Source: Camelus ferus (lineage: Eukaryota). From it: a DNA stretch of 64,000 bases. Of this stretch, positions 50,951 through 64,000 are shown piece after piece. The notes under the pieces were generated by a model. It worked only from the letters and a program-made list of their open reading frames with translations, searched no databases and was not told the origin of the DNA. The stretch spans positions 10,976,001-11,040,000 of the forward strand of contig NC_045697.1 of assembly GCF_009834535.1 (NCBI RefSeq), read 5' to 3'. The position numbers and the translations under genes were made by a program. How positions within the stretch are numbered: the first letter of the stretch is position 1; each line of letters starts with the position of its first letter.

Positions 50951-51103
50951 TAAGGTTACCATATTTAACAAATAAAAATACAGGATGCCCAGGTACATTT
51001 GCATTTCAGAGAATAAATTATAATTTATTACAGTAATAAATAAATAACTCATCCATTAGTTATTTGGTATTTAAATTTAACTGTATTTTATCCAGCAATC
51101 CTA
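50951..51103. mobile_element. MER53-like palindromic hAT MITE
   Basis: taaggttaccatatttaacaaataaaaatacaggatgcccag ... aaatttaactgtattttatccagcaatccta terminal inverted repeats. Confidence 0.75.
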
Positions 51104-53369
51104 ATCTCAGAAGAAGTTAGGAAGTGGGATATTTGGGGGGAAAACGTTCTGGGCAGAGGGAACAGCAAGGGCAAAGTCCTAGGGGCTTTGAGGAGCATGT
51201 AGGAGAGAAGCCTGGCTGGAGTGGAGACAATGAGGAGACCAGCGGGAAAGGATGAGTTCAGAGAGGTAGTGAGGGGCTGGATCATGCTGGCCTTTGGTTT
51301 GAGTGGGATGGGAAGACACTGGAGGGTGCAGGGTAGAGGAATAATGATTTTTGGGGTCTCCTGAGAATGAAGAGATGCTGATTTGTGCAACTTGGTGACA
51401 GGGTCTAATCTATTTTTTCACTGCCTGGACCTGGCGTGGAGGATTCAGGCACAAAGCGCTGGGAGGGCAGCAGGCCTGCTGGATAGAGCTCACTGCCGTG
51501 CATCCATCGTCAAAAACAGAAAGGTGCGGGGAGATGCGAGCTGGGAGATGAGAGGATTTTAAGAGAAAAAAGTTCATGAAGCAAAACCTGCAGGCTGCAA
51601 GGTGATCTATAAGTGACAGGGGAGAGGACAGATGCCTGGGGACCTCACAGCGGTAATGACATTATGTACAAAGCCAAATTTCATTTTGGAACTCAAGTGT
51701 CTGGGAACTCGGGGAAGAGCGTGTCCTGTCTACTGTCTCCTCCAGTTTATTCAGAGCAGCAGAGTCTTGACCAAGATCCAAGGATCCATCATATGTCAAC
51801 TCTTCAAACACATTACAAAGTTTCCTCGAAAAGTTGCAGGAGGGAAGAAAACCATGATTATAAAACTCTATTAGCAGCCTGGTAATGAATCCCTCATCAC
51901 TTCCAAATATGACAAGCATTCGGGGTTGCCTGGGCTCAGTGCCTTTTGTGGATTTTCTCACCCTCCCAGCACTGTTAACCATACAGGTACACAGAGGAGG
52001 AAAGGGAGACCAGAGAGAGTGCGTAACAGGTCCAAGGTCACACAGCTATGGGGGCCTCCTTAGCATCTCAGCCACCTTGAACTTAGCCCCCAGATCAGGT
52101 CTGCTACTCCCTTCTAATTTTTATGCCCATGCATGTGAACACAGCTTTGTCACCCTGCCTTATCATGAACTGAATGTACGTCTGCTTCCCTAGTGAAATC
52201 GGGGTCCTGTGTCAAGGAGAGTTGTCCACCTTTATATCATCAGAATTTGGCACGTAGTAGGCAAGAAGAAAAACAAGTTAATGTTGAACGAATAAATGAA
52301 ATGCTGTCTCCGAGTCTCAAACGCAGACATTTCGGTGTAAAGAAACAGGTGAGGCCAGGCCACAGGGAGGGCAGGGCCCTGTTGCTCCTTTATCCTCAGC
52401 AAAATCAAGTTAGGCACTGAGGGTCCTGCCACTTTGCTGCTTTTTCTCTGGAGTTACAGGAAAATGTAAATATACATCGCTTCTAATTTCATTCTGCTTA
52501 TTTTCCCACAGAGAGTATTAAAAGTCTCCAGAGAGATCACAGATTATGATTGTTTTCCGTGTGTTTTTCTTCATCTATCTACAGTTACTCACATTGGAAG
52601 CTTCCCTTCCTTATCTTCCTCCATGTATTTATCTCATGGTTTTCCTTTTGTTTTCTGTGCTTTGAGAGCATCGCTGGTCCTTGAGCCCTTGACAGAAGAT
52701 CTGTATACAGTGATTGAAGACCTGCTCTTGTTCTAAGCCATGAAATTGATCCAATATACTGGGGCTTCAGCCTCCACCCTTTTTCGGTGTGTATGCGTGT
52801 GTATACAAGAGAGTTTAGGGTTGAGATTTGCCTGACCTTATCCTCTTCTGACACTGAATCACTAGATGTGAGGAAGAATGGGTTCCTGGGGCCCTCTGAG
52901 AAATGTGAGGAGCCTGGGAGGGGTGCATCTTCATTGGAGGTGGCAGATCCAAAAGGCAGAACTAGCCTGGGGGCCTTCTAGCAAAGATAGCCAAGAAAAC
53001 ACGACGGTAAGTTCACTCTAGGCAACTAAATTCAGGTGGAGTCTGAGATTCTCAAATTATTTATAAGTCACCAGACAGACTCCTAAAATCATAGAATTTT
53101 GAAATCTAAATTACTTTTGGACATCTTTACAGCAATGGGGCCTCAGGATGTAAGGGACTGCCTGGTCTCACACTGCTGAGCTGAGGTCTTCTCTCTCCTC
53201 ACTCAGGGGCTGTTGTTTCTACCACATTGTGACACTTGGTAAGGTGTCCTCCTTCCCAAATGGGACATCTGCTCTCAGTTGGGTCTGGTCTTGGTCCTCT
53301 TAGCTGGCTCTCGGAAAATTTTCACAGCCTGTAACCCTCCCAGGGCATTCAGTACTTCCTGTTTTGTTG

Positions 53370-53720
53370 AGTGATGTGATGTAAGAAGGACTTGAAATGC
53401 ATTGCTGGCTTTGAAGATAAAGAAAGGGGCCACAAAACATAAAATATAACCCTCCTCCAGAGGCTGGGAAAGGCAAGGACACTGATTCTCCCCTAGAACC
53501 TCCAGAAGCAATGGGCTCTGCTACACCTTGACCTTAGTCTGGTGAGACTGGTGTGGACTTCTGAGCCCCAGAATGACACATGCAAAGGGAAGAGCATGTG
53601 AGGACACAGGGGGAAAACAGACATCTCCGCATTGAGGAGACAGGCCTCCAATGGACCAACCCTGCTGATGCCTTGATCTTGAACTTCTAGCCTCCAGAAA
53701 GTCAATTTCTGTTGAGTAAG
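53370..53720 (+). mobile_element. Two abutting MLT1 LTR fragments
   Basis: ttgctggctttgaagat...aaggcaaggacactgattctcccctagaacctccaga, then catgtgaggacacagggg...accaaccctgctgatgccttgatcttgaacttctagcctccagaa. Confidence 0.75.
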
Positions 53721-56296
53721 CTAAAAAAAAAAAAATTGCAATCTATATGGGCAAATCTCAGTTCAGCCATTGATAGAAGGTAAGTTCCCAAGGGCACACT
53801 GCAGGTGGGGTCCAGCTCTCTGTCCCTCATGACCTGAGGTGGAACGTAGTGCCCCAAGTCCCAAAGAAGAGCCAGTTCATTCCTGGCTTCAAACACACAA
53901 TTCCTTTGATATAAACATAGATGAAACGAGGGTCATCATACACCTCCATTCTTCTGGAATTTTTTGCATCATAAAAGCTTGTCTTGAAGGTCTAGAGAAA
54001 CTTCCTAAAATTATAAGTTCCCACTTATACTCAAGGAGATGCTCTTGAAGTCTGTTCTTGAATTGTATTCGCTGGAGCCAACACAACAAATCCTAAAAAT
54101 GCCACCTACTATTCTGGGGGGTTGGCACACAGCTAGCTGCTCTGTTGCCTTTTCTAAACTTCACAAGAGCCCAACAGGCCAACAGCCCTAGGACCTAAGT
54201 ATCATGATGCTCATTTTACAGATGAGTGCGAGAGCTTCAAGTGACTCACCATCCGTAAGTCAACTCATTTTATCTTCACAAAGATGTTACAGATTAGGAC
54301 TAGTAATTTTCATTTTCAGAGACGACCACCAGATTTTTAGAGACCTTTGGTGCCTTGCCCCTGTTCCACAGCTAGAAAGTCCTGGAACCAGGTTTGAGCA
54401 GAACTCCTTTTAAGCCTATACCCAGAGAGGATCTCAGCAAACAGCAGGTGCTCAGTAAACAGCTATTAAAGCAATGGATTCTTCCAAAGTTTACATTGTC
54501 CCCACTACCCTCTGCTATTGCAAAGCTCTCTCTTCCTTTGGCTCATAGTTTTGAAATCACGGCTGATGAAAAAGCATCCTGCCAAGTGCTCTTTCCCGGG
54601 GCCAGTGCTGGGCCTCCCGGTCCCTCTGTACCTCCCAACGGTATCTTTCGGAAGCAGCCGAGGAAATGACAACTTCCCAGCGCTCTGCCTGTCTTCGCTA
54701 CCTTGTGTGAAGTTGCAGAACGACATTTCCTTCCTCTTAATATCTCCAAAAGGCAAACAACACATTATTCAGGAGTTCTGCGTCAAATCCTGACACCTGA
54801 TGCGTCCGATAGGCAAGCCGTCCGCTTTTTCTATTTGTGCAGCTGAGAGAACTGATCGCTCCTACTGCTCTTGGTTCCCCTCATGAAACGCATCCCCTGT
54901 CGCTCTTCACCTGTGTCCCTGGCAGCTCCCTCAGGTTCACGTGGCTTCTCAAACACTATATGTCTTGTTCAAGTCCTTTGGGGTCCAAAATAAATCACCA
55001 TGGTGTCACCCATTCTGCCGCAAGCCACGCTGGCACGGCGGAGTGGACAGACAGATATATTCAAACCAGGCATGTGGTTTAGGAAAACCTTATTACTGGC
55101 ATTGTTTTCATTTAGGAAGCCTCTGTCCAAAAGCACCCCAAAGGGATGCAGTTTTACGTCATGGAGGAAATATGCCAACTGATTGTTTTTCCACGAACAC
55201 TTTGCAGTTCCAACTGATGAAGGAAAGCAGAATCGGACCTAAGGTGAGCACGGCACAATTTTCATTTAGAAATCAAAGGTTCTAAAAAAAAAAAAAAGAA
55301 GGCTGTTTCTAAGATTTCATTTTAGCTTAGCACAATCCGCTTGTGCACTAAAAATAATAAACAATTTCCTCCCTTTTTATCCTCCTCTCCCCACTTTCCC
55401 TTTGAATTTTTTTCTTTTAATTTTCAGTATGCCCAAAATAAGGTTTTTCAGGAGCATAACAAATTACAGATTTCAGGCATCATAATATTTTTTCCAGGTA
55501 CACACATACACACACACGCTTTCATATTTCTATACCATGGCTAAAGCACAAATGCAGTGTTTTTCACAGAACTGATGTTATTTTTAGACTAAATTGTGGG
55601 AACTCTGCAGCTTTAATAAATGGGCGAGAAGCACAGAACCACAGCACGTGGTAACACGCCAACGCAAAAGCTAGCTTGGCCTTTAGCCAATGCACTGTGC
55701 TTCGATGTTGCAGCAATGGAAGTAAGAACACCACTTACAAAAGAATGATTAATAAGCTGACAAACTTCCAGGCATTTATTTCCTATTCTTTAGTGCCAGC
55801 TGTATTAATACTAGCATATTTTCAACTTTATTAGCAATAAAGTCTCGCAGCCTGGGACGCTTTGGTGTGTTCATGGAGGGCTTCTTAAATCTGTGGCAAA
55901 TTATTTGGAGAGGTGAATGTTTGATCATCATTGGTTTTTCTCTGTCACCCTGATAGACCATGTCTGTTTATTTGTCTCCACGACAGCTGGCATTGAATCA
56001 CCATTACGTTTTCCCAAACTCAACACTGGGAGAAATCTTTCCTGACGGAGGGATTAGCATCTGGTGGTAACTGACCCATGCCAGTTAGTGTGACTTCCTG
56101 GGCCATGCTTGTTCAGGGAAGTTCTGTCCCTCCCCGGGGCATCTGCTCCTTCTGTGGGTCACTCTGATATTCTCCGAAGGTCAACCACTTCCTAGGGAGG
56201 GAGTTGGTCAGCTGTCTCCATTCCTGCCTCTGGGATAAAGTGATGATGTTAGTCATCTGGGAAGAGGGTGTAAAGTGAAGAATTATGGGATGGAAC

Positions 56297-56386
56297 TACG
56301 GCGATCAACTTGTTTACCTGGGACAGCCCCAGATTTTAAAACCAGAAGCCCCACATCACAGGAAACTGCTCAGTTGGTTGCTCCTG
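56297..56386. mobile_element. MER81-like hAT-Blackjack MITE
   Basis: ggcgatcaac...cctgggacagccccagattttaaaaccagaag.cccacatc.caggaa...ctcagttggttgctcct. Confidence 0.55.
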
Positions 56387-56409
56387 ATGGAAGAGACACC
56401 AAGTTGAGA

Positions 56410-56605
56410 GGTGGAAGCCAGGAAGGAGCCTGGGCTTCAGAGTCAGACCCAGGTTCAAAGCTCATCTGGGACCGATCAGCTACGTGACCATGGTGAGGCT
56501 TTAACCTCCTCAAGCCTCAGTGTTATCAAAACAGGGTGAAATGCCGAGTCTTAGGTCATTATGAGGTTTAAATAAGATAAGACATTTAAGTTGTAGAACA
56601 CAGTC
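56410..56605 (+). mobile_element. MIR SINE
   Basis: gagtcagacccaggttcaaa...gtgacc.tgg...ttaacctc...agcctcagt...gaggtttaaataagataa. Confidence 0.65.
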
Positions 56606-59600
56606 CCCTGCTCCATCCCCACCACCACACTCATTTCTGAAGTTACAAAATCGTCACGTGAGCAAAGATAAAAATAGTAAGAGTGACCTCACAAATCAGA
56701 TGAGACAAGGCAAATTCTTGCAGGTGGAAGAATCTGCCCACACAGGAAATCATGGACTTTAAAGCCTGGGTCGGTGGGCTCCGAAGTGGTTTGCGATGGA
56801 CTCTCAGAAGTGGGTTCTAAAGAAGTGTTGGCAAATGACACAAGCAAATCATATCCTTGATGGTTGTCCCTAAGGCTGCACATAGTCTTCCCAGGAAAGC
56901 AAGACTTCAACAGAGAAGTCCGTCTCCTTCACTGTCTCCTGGCTGGACAACGGTTCTTCTGTTAAAGACCGTGCCCTTCACTGAAATTCCATTTTGGGGT
57001 TACATAAAAACAACAATTACCGGGAAGTCAAAATTTTTAATTAAATGTATTCAAAGAGAGTACAGATTAATGCCTCTAAGCAAGAAAGTATTTAATGCTT
57101 ACCGGCTGGCTCGTGCCTGCCGAAGCAAAAACCTCACTGCCAGCAAAGCTTTTAAGTATTGATATTTCCTGCATTAATAATAGTCTAAACCACATTCATA
57201 ACAATATAATTAGCAACACAAGTCCTCTCCGACAGGACGGGAGGGCTCTGCATTATTAATTACACCAACAGAGCCTTCATGATGAGCACCGTGCTTTAAT
57301 TTTAGCTTTCAAGGTAAATGATCTTAAACCCAGGGCAGCTTCGCAGAGAAGGATGCCCCACGTACAGCTCACGTTTCTCTGGTGATCACTAAGTAATAAC
57401 GAACGCTCTGTCCACGGCGCCTTTGGGGATGACGTATGTTTCAAAGACCGAGCTTGAGTGAACTTGGCTGCACTCCCAAATTTTGTATGTGGCAAAATAT
57501 GATTAATGTCTTAGTAGTGTTTATTCTGTCTCACTCTGCGTCTTTACACCCACGAGCCGTCGTGGGATGCTTGTATGTGGATGAGCCAGATGTCTTACTT
57601 AGGGTCTTAGAAATCACGCCTCACCCCAACGGGCTTGCCCCACAATCGACACTGACCTCCTTCAACATTCGTTCTCGCCTCTAGTCCTGGAAGCACTCAG
57701 ACCAGGGAAATGCATGTTTTATCATCACTGGTTTGGCTAAAAGCCTGTGCTGGGCCCGAGGAAGGAAACAAAATATTGAAACAGAATTGTGCTGATTTAT
57801 ATTCCTCATGCAGCTTAAAAGCTCACTCATTTTTGTGCATTTTCACAAACACCAGGTCTTATCATTTAAAAAATAAGGTTGCCAATTGGAGGGATGCAAA
57901 ATGATAGGAGATTTTGATTTTCATTTTTCAGCATGAAGAGCACCGCTCAGCTGAGATCCCAACAAGGAGCAGGATGTTAGACCCAGAACGGATAAGGACA
58001 GATTCAGATGATGCTTCTGGGGCCGGGGTGGGATTCCCCTTGCTCCCCACCTGTCCCAGCGCTGCCCCGTCTCCCTCATAGAGGCCTTCCCAATGCTGTC
58101 ATTTACCTTGAGATCTCTCTGCTCAGAACACCCATAACCCACACTCCTCCACCACAATCTAGCAACTTACGGTTCTCTTATTCTTTATGTTAAATTAAAA
58201 AAAAAACAATCATTTTAAAAAGCCTGTTTTTCAAAGATCTATTTGATATTAGATGGACACTGGGCTAACTTTTGGAGATGCCGAAATAAATAAGACCTGC
58301 TCCCTAACCCAGAGGAGCTCTAAGCCCAGTGAGGAATACGGACAAGGGAAAATGAAATTATAATGCCGTGCAAAAAACAAAAACACAAATAAGATCTCTG
58401 TAGAAGTCATCAAGTGCTTATTCTATCCCCTCCACCCCTGCCTTACAACCTACGGGCATGTTGAGAAAACAGCAGCGCCCCTCCATTGTAACTTAATGAT
58501 CTGATCCAGCATAAAGAGGAGCTTCTTGGCTGGGGTCTTACTAACTGCATGAAACCCCAGGGAGGCTTGACCCCCAGCGCTCTGGTCCTTCTTAACACTC
58601 AGGACGGGCGTGGCAGGGGTCTTTTGGCTCAGGGAAGGGAGTTGCTCTCTTTTTTGGTTGAGGGTCAGATAGGAGTCCCTGAAGAGGAGTGGGAGTAATG
58701 AACTTGCTTTTGAATGTGAAAAAGAATTTGCCAGGCAGAAAGGAGGGAAAGGCACATGCAGATGTATAGAAGCATCAGGCAGGGACGGTCTATTCGGGGA
58801 GTGTCTGATAACTATGGAGGGGCGGGGAGGATTGGCAGGAAATAAAGCTGGGAGCCCATAACATGTGTATTGTCAATATTTCCGATTGTACATTTTGCAG
58901 ATATTAGTATTAGGTAAAAGAATAAAAAAATCCCAGGTGGAAGAAGTTTGGAGTAATATATTAAATGAATTAAAATTAAACAAATTTTCTTCTGGACTTC
59001 TCAAATGCCCAGGTGGCCTTCCATCCCTGCCCAGAGAAATTGGTACCTCTTTAAGATGCTTTTGCCTCGGGTGACACAAAAAAACCCTGCCACCTGGGCG
59101 AGAAGGAGCCAGCAGCATGAGGCATGGGATTCTGTGTTAACTCCAGATGGCTTATGTAATGCAGAGATGTGTTCTCACCTAACAGAAGTTATCCTGGAGA
59201 TGTGTTCTCACTTAACAGGAAGTTATCCTAGGGTAGAGGGAATCCTGGTTACGCCATCCTCGGGAATCACGTGGTATGCACTGATGGCTCAGTCAGAGAA
59301 TGGCTAGAGAAGGAGGCAGCTGATAACCTTCCTGAGGGTTTGAGGGGATGGGGAGTGAGGCCGAGAGGGGCGAGCACAGGTCAGAAGTCAGGCATGCCTA
59401 ATTTTAATCCTACTCCCCATTTACATACTGTGTGGCATTAGGCCAGTTACTCAGACTCTCTGTGCTCAAAATAAAGCATCTTTCTCAGGGGTTGCTCTGA
59501 AAAGTAAACGAGCCCCAGGTCTGGTACTGAGCTGGCACTTAGCCAGGGCTCTGTCATCAATCACAATATTACTCACTTCAGGTTTTTTTTTTCCCCTGAA

Positions 59601-59624
59601 GTCATATTTATATTTTAGAAGTTT

Positions 59625-60292
59625 TTTAAAAAATTAATATATATTTTAAATATTTGTTTAGGTTTTTTAATTTTTTAAAGGTTATGCTCCATTTATAGTT
59701 ATTATAAAATATTGGCTACAGTCCCCGTCTTGCACAATATATCCTTGTAGCTTCTTTTATACCTGACAGTTTGTACCTCTCACTCCCCTACCCCTGCATT
59801 GCCCCTCCCTCTAGTCTCTTCCCACTGATACCCACTAGTTGTATTTTTTAGATTCCACATGTAAGTGATATCTATACAGTATTTGTCTTTGTCTGACTTA
59901 TTTCACTGTGCAGAATGCCCTCCAAGTCTATCCATGTTGCTGCAGATTTCATTCTTTCTTACCGCTGAGTAGTATTACATTGTATATATATACCATGTCT
60001 TCTTTATCCAGTCATCTGCTGATGGACACTGAGTTTGGTTCCATATCTTGGCCATTGTACATAATGGGGCTGTGAACATTGGGGTTTATGTATCTTTTTG
60101 AATTAGTGGTTTTTTTTTTTTTTTTTTTTTTTGATGTATATCCAGGAGTAGAATTGCTGGGTCATATGGTAGTTCTTTTTTTAGTTTTTTGAGAGAACTC
60201 TATACTGTTTTCCACAGTGGCTGCACCAATTAACATTCCTACCAACAGTGTATGAGGGTTTCCTTTTTTCCACATCCTCGCTAACATTTATT
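59625..60292 (-). mobile_element. 5'-truncated L1 3' end
   Basis: ccatttatagttattataaaatattggct..., tttagattccacatgtaagtga, gctgggtcatatggtagttc, ttccacagtggctgcaccaat; possible degenerate TSD tatttata(a)ttttagaa(a)gttt on both sides. Confidence 0.88.
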
Positions 60293-61954
60293 ATTTATAA
60301 TTTTAGAAAGTTTCTGTTTTTTTGATTGTCATATACATGTTTGCATGATTGTGTGTGTGTGTTTTGTTGATGTTGTTTGTTTGCTTGTTTGTGTGAGAGA
60401 GAGAGACTTTTTCCCTTTAGATTCTTAGAAACATCATCAGGTTGGTTTTTTTTTTTCCCCCTGAGTGACAATGCAAGAAAACTATGGGAGAATTTGACAG
60501 GGGAAATACGACTTACTTTTCATTAGGTAACAACCAGTTTCCCTTGATCTCCCTTCTTTCAGAAGGAAATGTGTAAATTACTTTAGTTTCTTCCTCCTGC
60601 ATGAAGACCTAGGTATAGATATGCTGCCTCCTGGGAAGGGATAATTCAGGTCAAAACAATGATTGTGTGAAACATATTCCGAACAAAAACTCTTTAAATC
60701 CACAAGAGCCTGGTCTGTCTTCTCTTCTTTACTTCTTTACTGAGAGACCTTAGTCTGTGACTGACGGCGCTGGAGGTGTTGGGAATCGGGGTAACAGAGC
60801 GAGGTCAGTGCCGGCCCCTCCTACAGTTTTACGTGGTTACAGGTCACAGCAGTTTGCAAACGGCCCCTGTGGAGTATGGATTCTTGCTCCTAAAGTCCTC
60901 CTGACAATCCTGGGGAGGGGGAGGGTCAGCGAGGGCCCCCTCCTCCTACAGGCACTCAAACCAGGTGCCGATGTTGGGTGCAACGCCCAGAGCACAGCTG
61001 GTCAGGGCAGCAGTGGGATTAGCATCTGGGTCCTCTGCTGTCAGTCCCCAGTCCGCTCCCAGTTTCTGAAGCCCCCGTTCCACTTAGTTGCCTGCGGTAT
61101 AGGACCAGGAGGTCACTTATGACTTACAGGGGTCACCTCTAAGGATAAAGTGAGCCAAACTGTCAAGGGTAGAAACTCTCTTGAATTTATATCATGCCAC
61201 TTGTTTCCTTTAAATGCCAGAGCTTGGGACAAGGGACTTGGGCACAAGTGATCTGGCATTTTGGTGACCGAGGAGCTGGGCTGTGAACACAGCTCAGAGG
61301 ATTCCCACCCCCACCCCTGGACGCGGCAGTGATGCTCAGGGTCTCTCTGTCCCTGCGAGTCACACCCAAACCTCGCACTCACTGGGCTCCTGTCCTGGGA
61401 TTCCTTAGCTCCCTTCTTACTGCAGCAAAAGAGGAAAGCATGATCAGTCCCTGATAGGCCTGGACCACATTTCCAAACAGCAAACTCTCTTCTGCTTTCT
61501 CCTGGCATCAAGAAGGCATTAAGAATAAAGACTGACTTTGCGAGCCGGGCTGCTGAGTGTTGCATATGACCTGTGAAATGAAAAATTCCTGCTCTGGGCC
61601 CAGAGGCTTCCAATCCTGCTGCAAGGGTTGTTTATTTTTTCTATCCACTGTAAGGAAACCAGAAGAGTCCAGCAAGCAAAAACTATCACAATAGGAAAGA
61701 CTCATCAGGGGACGAGGAGCGCTCTCCTGAAGCTTCATTCAACGTGCCCTTTCCCTTCCCACCACGCTCCCCTCATCCTGGTTCATCGATTCTGATGACT
61801 CTGGCATTTATCCCACTCACCTACAGCATCAAAAGAGGAGTTCCTAGAGCCAGCCAGAGCTCAAACCAGCTGTGGGACCTTAAGCATGAAATCTCCCTGA
61901 AGCCTCAGTTTTCTCATCTGAGAAATACCACCTTATGAGACTGAGCCCATCAGT

Positions 61955-62215
61955 CACCCACTCATTCACTTATTCCTTCACTCACCAAACATTTACTGAG
62001 CACCTGCCACGTGCCAGGCATTATTGTTAAGCCCTCTGTATGTATTTTTTATTTAATTATCATGACAACTCGGCGGAGGAAGTCTCTTTTGCTATCCTCA
62101 CATTACAGACGAGAAAACAGAGGCAAAGATGGTTGAAGTAACTCATTCGGGGTCACACTAACAGTCAGCAGTTGAGCTGGGATTGGAATTCATGCGGTTT
62201 CAGTCCTGAGCCTGC
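61955..62215 (-). mobile_element. L2 tail / MIR composite
   Basis: actcattcacttattccttcactcaccaaacatttactgagcacctgccacgtgccaggc, then cattacagacgagaaaacagaggc...aagtaactc. Confidence 0.7.
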
Positions 62216-64000
62216 CTTGGTGAATGACGCAGAAGCCTCCATCCCTGATCTGAAGGTGCCCACAGCCCAGTAGGGGAGACAGGCGTGACAATGACTAAGT
62301 GGTATGTGGGCATCATTTCACAAGAGAGCTGTGACAAAGAGAGGAACCCCAAGTTGTCTTAGGGTTGGGGGTCAAGGGAAGCTTTACAGATTGGGGGATT
62401 TCAAGCAAAGCCTTGAGGGACACACGGTATATTCTAAGTGAAGAAGGGGAGGGAAGGCAATGGGAGCCATTTCAAGCAGAAGGAGGAAGGGGTACCAAGG
62501 CGTAGGAAAGATCTGGCATGTTTGGGAGTTGGTCAGGAGTTTAGCAAGGCTGGAGAGCAGGAAACTTAGAAAAAAGAGGATAGAAACAAAGCTAGAAGGA
62601 TAAGCAGAAGCTTCAATTCTCTCCGGTCACATACACACAGCAGGGCAGCCTCTGCCTGCCTCCATGTTGGTAACCATGGTGATGATAGTGGTGATGATGA
62701 TAATAGATTAGATTTGCACAACACCTAGCAGTTTATGAAACACAATCACAGACATTACAGTATATCATTTGGTTCTGTGAAGAAGGCAAGGCTGGGAGTA
62801 TTTTTATCCCCATGTTACACAAAAATAGTTTAACTTCCAATTGCTGACATGAATTTGTGCCAAAGTTACTCAGCCACCCCGAAAGGCAGTGGTCAAACCA
62901 TGTTTTTGTTTTTGTTTTTTTTTCATTTGGAATCCAGGAGTCTATTGCTATTGCTCTTATCCAGTAAGAAATATAAGCAATCAGATTCACTAAAAGCTCA
63001 CCTTTACTCTGGCAGAGTTAGTGTTCACCAAATAGCCATGTGTGCCCCTGAACCTCCCAGGATTCTGTGCAGTTGAGCCAAGGTCACGTGACCAGTTCTG
63101 CTCAATGGTCTGGGGCTGGAAGTACGGTGTCCCTTCAGGCTAAACTAGTTACTTGCTTTCTCTTAAATGCTTTCCCCCTGACTCAGCAACCTTGAACATC
63201 GTGTCTTCTAGATGGTGCAGTTTCAAGATGGAAGAGGGTGGTCAAGCTGGACTTTCAAAGTGAGAAATAAGTCTTTACTGGGTTAAGCCAACTGCAGTTT
63301 TGGGTTTTATCTTTACTCCAGGATGGCCTCTCCTCTCCTACCTACTATAGTTTTCAGAATGTCGGCCTTTATTCCTTCCCTTCTTTCAGTCTTTACCTCA
63401 GATCAACACATGCTTTCTGGAGAACAGAGACACATGTAAATATTCCAGAAAACACTGCAGAAAACATGCTATTGCTAATCCCATGTTAGGACTGGCTGAG
63501 ATCATTTCTCTTTCTTGCTCAAAAGTCTTCAAAGATTTTCCACTGTTTCAACAGTTGTCTGAAATACTGAGCCTGGCAAGTAAGACATTTAGTGTATTTT
63601 ATTTCCCACTAGTATTTCCTCCCCAATTTACTTTCCTGCCTCAGTGGACCACTTGGAGTCCCTGCACATGTCCTTCAAGAATTATTTACAGTCTCCTCCT
63701 CTCCTACTCGATTGTAAGTTCCTAGAAAGCTGTGGCAATCATTTGGAAAAAAGAAATTCTTCACAGGAAAAGCCTGGCATGAGAGAAATGTGCATGGGAT
63801 GGAATGTCACTGAGAAATGGATCTGTGAGGAAGGACCGTTTTTCTTGCGAACTTTGAAACTCTCAAGGCAGGTTAACTGATTTTAGAAATGATACCATTT
63901 AATGTCAGATGATTCCCTGACTAGGTTTTTCAGTCTTGGACAATTTTTATATCTATTACAAGTAATTAAGACAATACAAAATCAAGAAAATACAAAAGTT

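Larger units (their letters stand above)
50148..51360 (-). mobile_element. L2 LINE 3' region, interrupted by MLT1D and MER53
   Basis: ttcattcattcactcactcagtcattcaacacgtatttattga tail at the left; L2-like gttctgggcagagggaacagcaagggcaaagtcct resumes after 51104. Confidence 0.7.
28843..64000 (-). other. LDB2: LDB2 gene, 3' portion (last coding exons, 3'UTR and part of a long upstream intron); the gene continues beyond the right end of the window
   Basis: Three GT-AG exons join in frame to give LCVILEPMQELMSRHKTYNLSPRDCLKTCLFQKWQRMVAPP-AEPTRQPTTKRRKRK...SSQVP-DVMVVGEPTLMGGEFGDEDERLITRLENTQ...PPPQASQ*, recognised as LDB2 rather than LDB1 from TYNLSPRD, EPTRQPTTK and ENPPPQASQ. No further LDB exon was found in 38908-64000. 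Confidence 0.96.

Noticed and set aside
41685..59229. Short direct repeats as a possible CRISPR-like array
   Set aside because: These are isolated two-copy tandem duplications without spacers, in mammalian DNA, with no cas genes.
61113..61613. 166-aa minus-strand ORF inside the LDB2 intron
   Set aside because: No similarity to the LDB dimerisation domain or any family I recognise, and a non-ATG start.
38908..64000. Further LDB2 exons
   Set aside because: No reading frame resembling the upstream LDB2 dimerisation domain was found; the next exon probably lies outside the window.

Overview
Mammalian genomic DNA, most likely from a camelid (alpaca, llama or camel), judged from a Vic-1-type tRNA-derived SINE and young lineage-type L1s. 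The only protein-coding gene is the 3' part of LDB2 (LIM domain-binding 2/CLIM1) on the minus strand. It has coding exons at 38907-38784, 35861-35710 and 30186-29956, an alternative exon at 33213-33109 giving the LID-less 'b' C-terminus, and a 3'UTR of about 1.1 kb with several poly(A) signals. Positions 38908-64000 appear to be one long intron and 1-28.8 kb is downstream intergenic DNA. Both are full of MIR, L2, L1, MaLR/ERVL LTRs and DNA-transposon relics. The most striking structure is a ~6 kb inversion (at least 11851-17875) between two near-identical, oppositely oriented young L1 copies. The L1 target-site duplications are swapped, a SINE is split into a plus-strand head (10.3 kb) and a minus-strand tail (17.8 kb) with its own TSD inverted, and an ancient L1 ORF2 runs across the breakpoints only if the segment is flipped back. 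No prokaryotic-type system (CRISPR, operon) is present. Repeat family names come from recalled consensus sequences, not a database search, and repeat boundaries are approximate unless a TSD is given.
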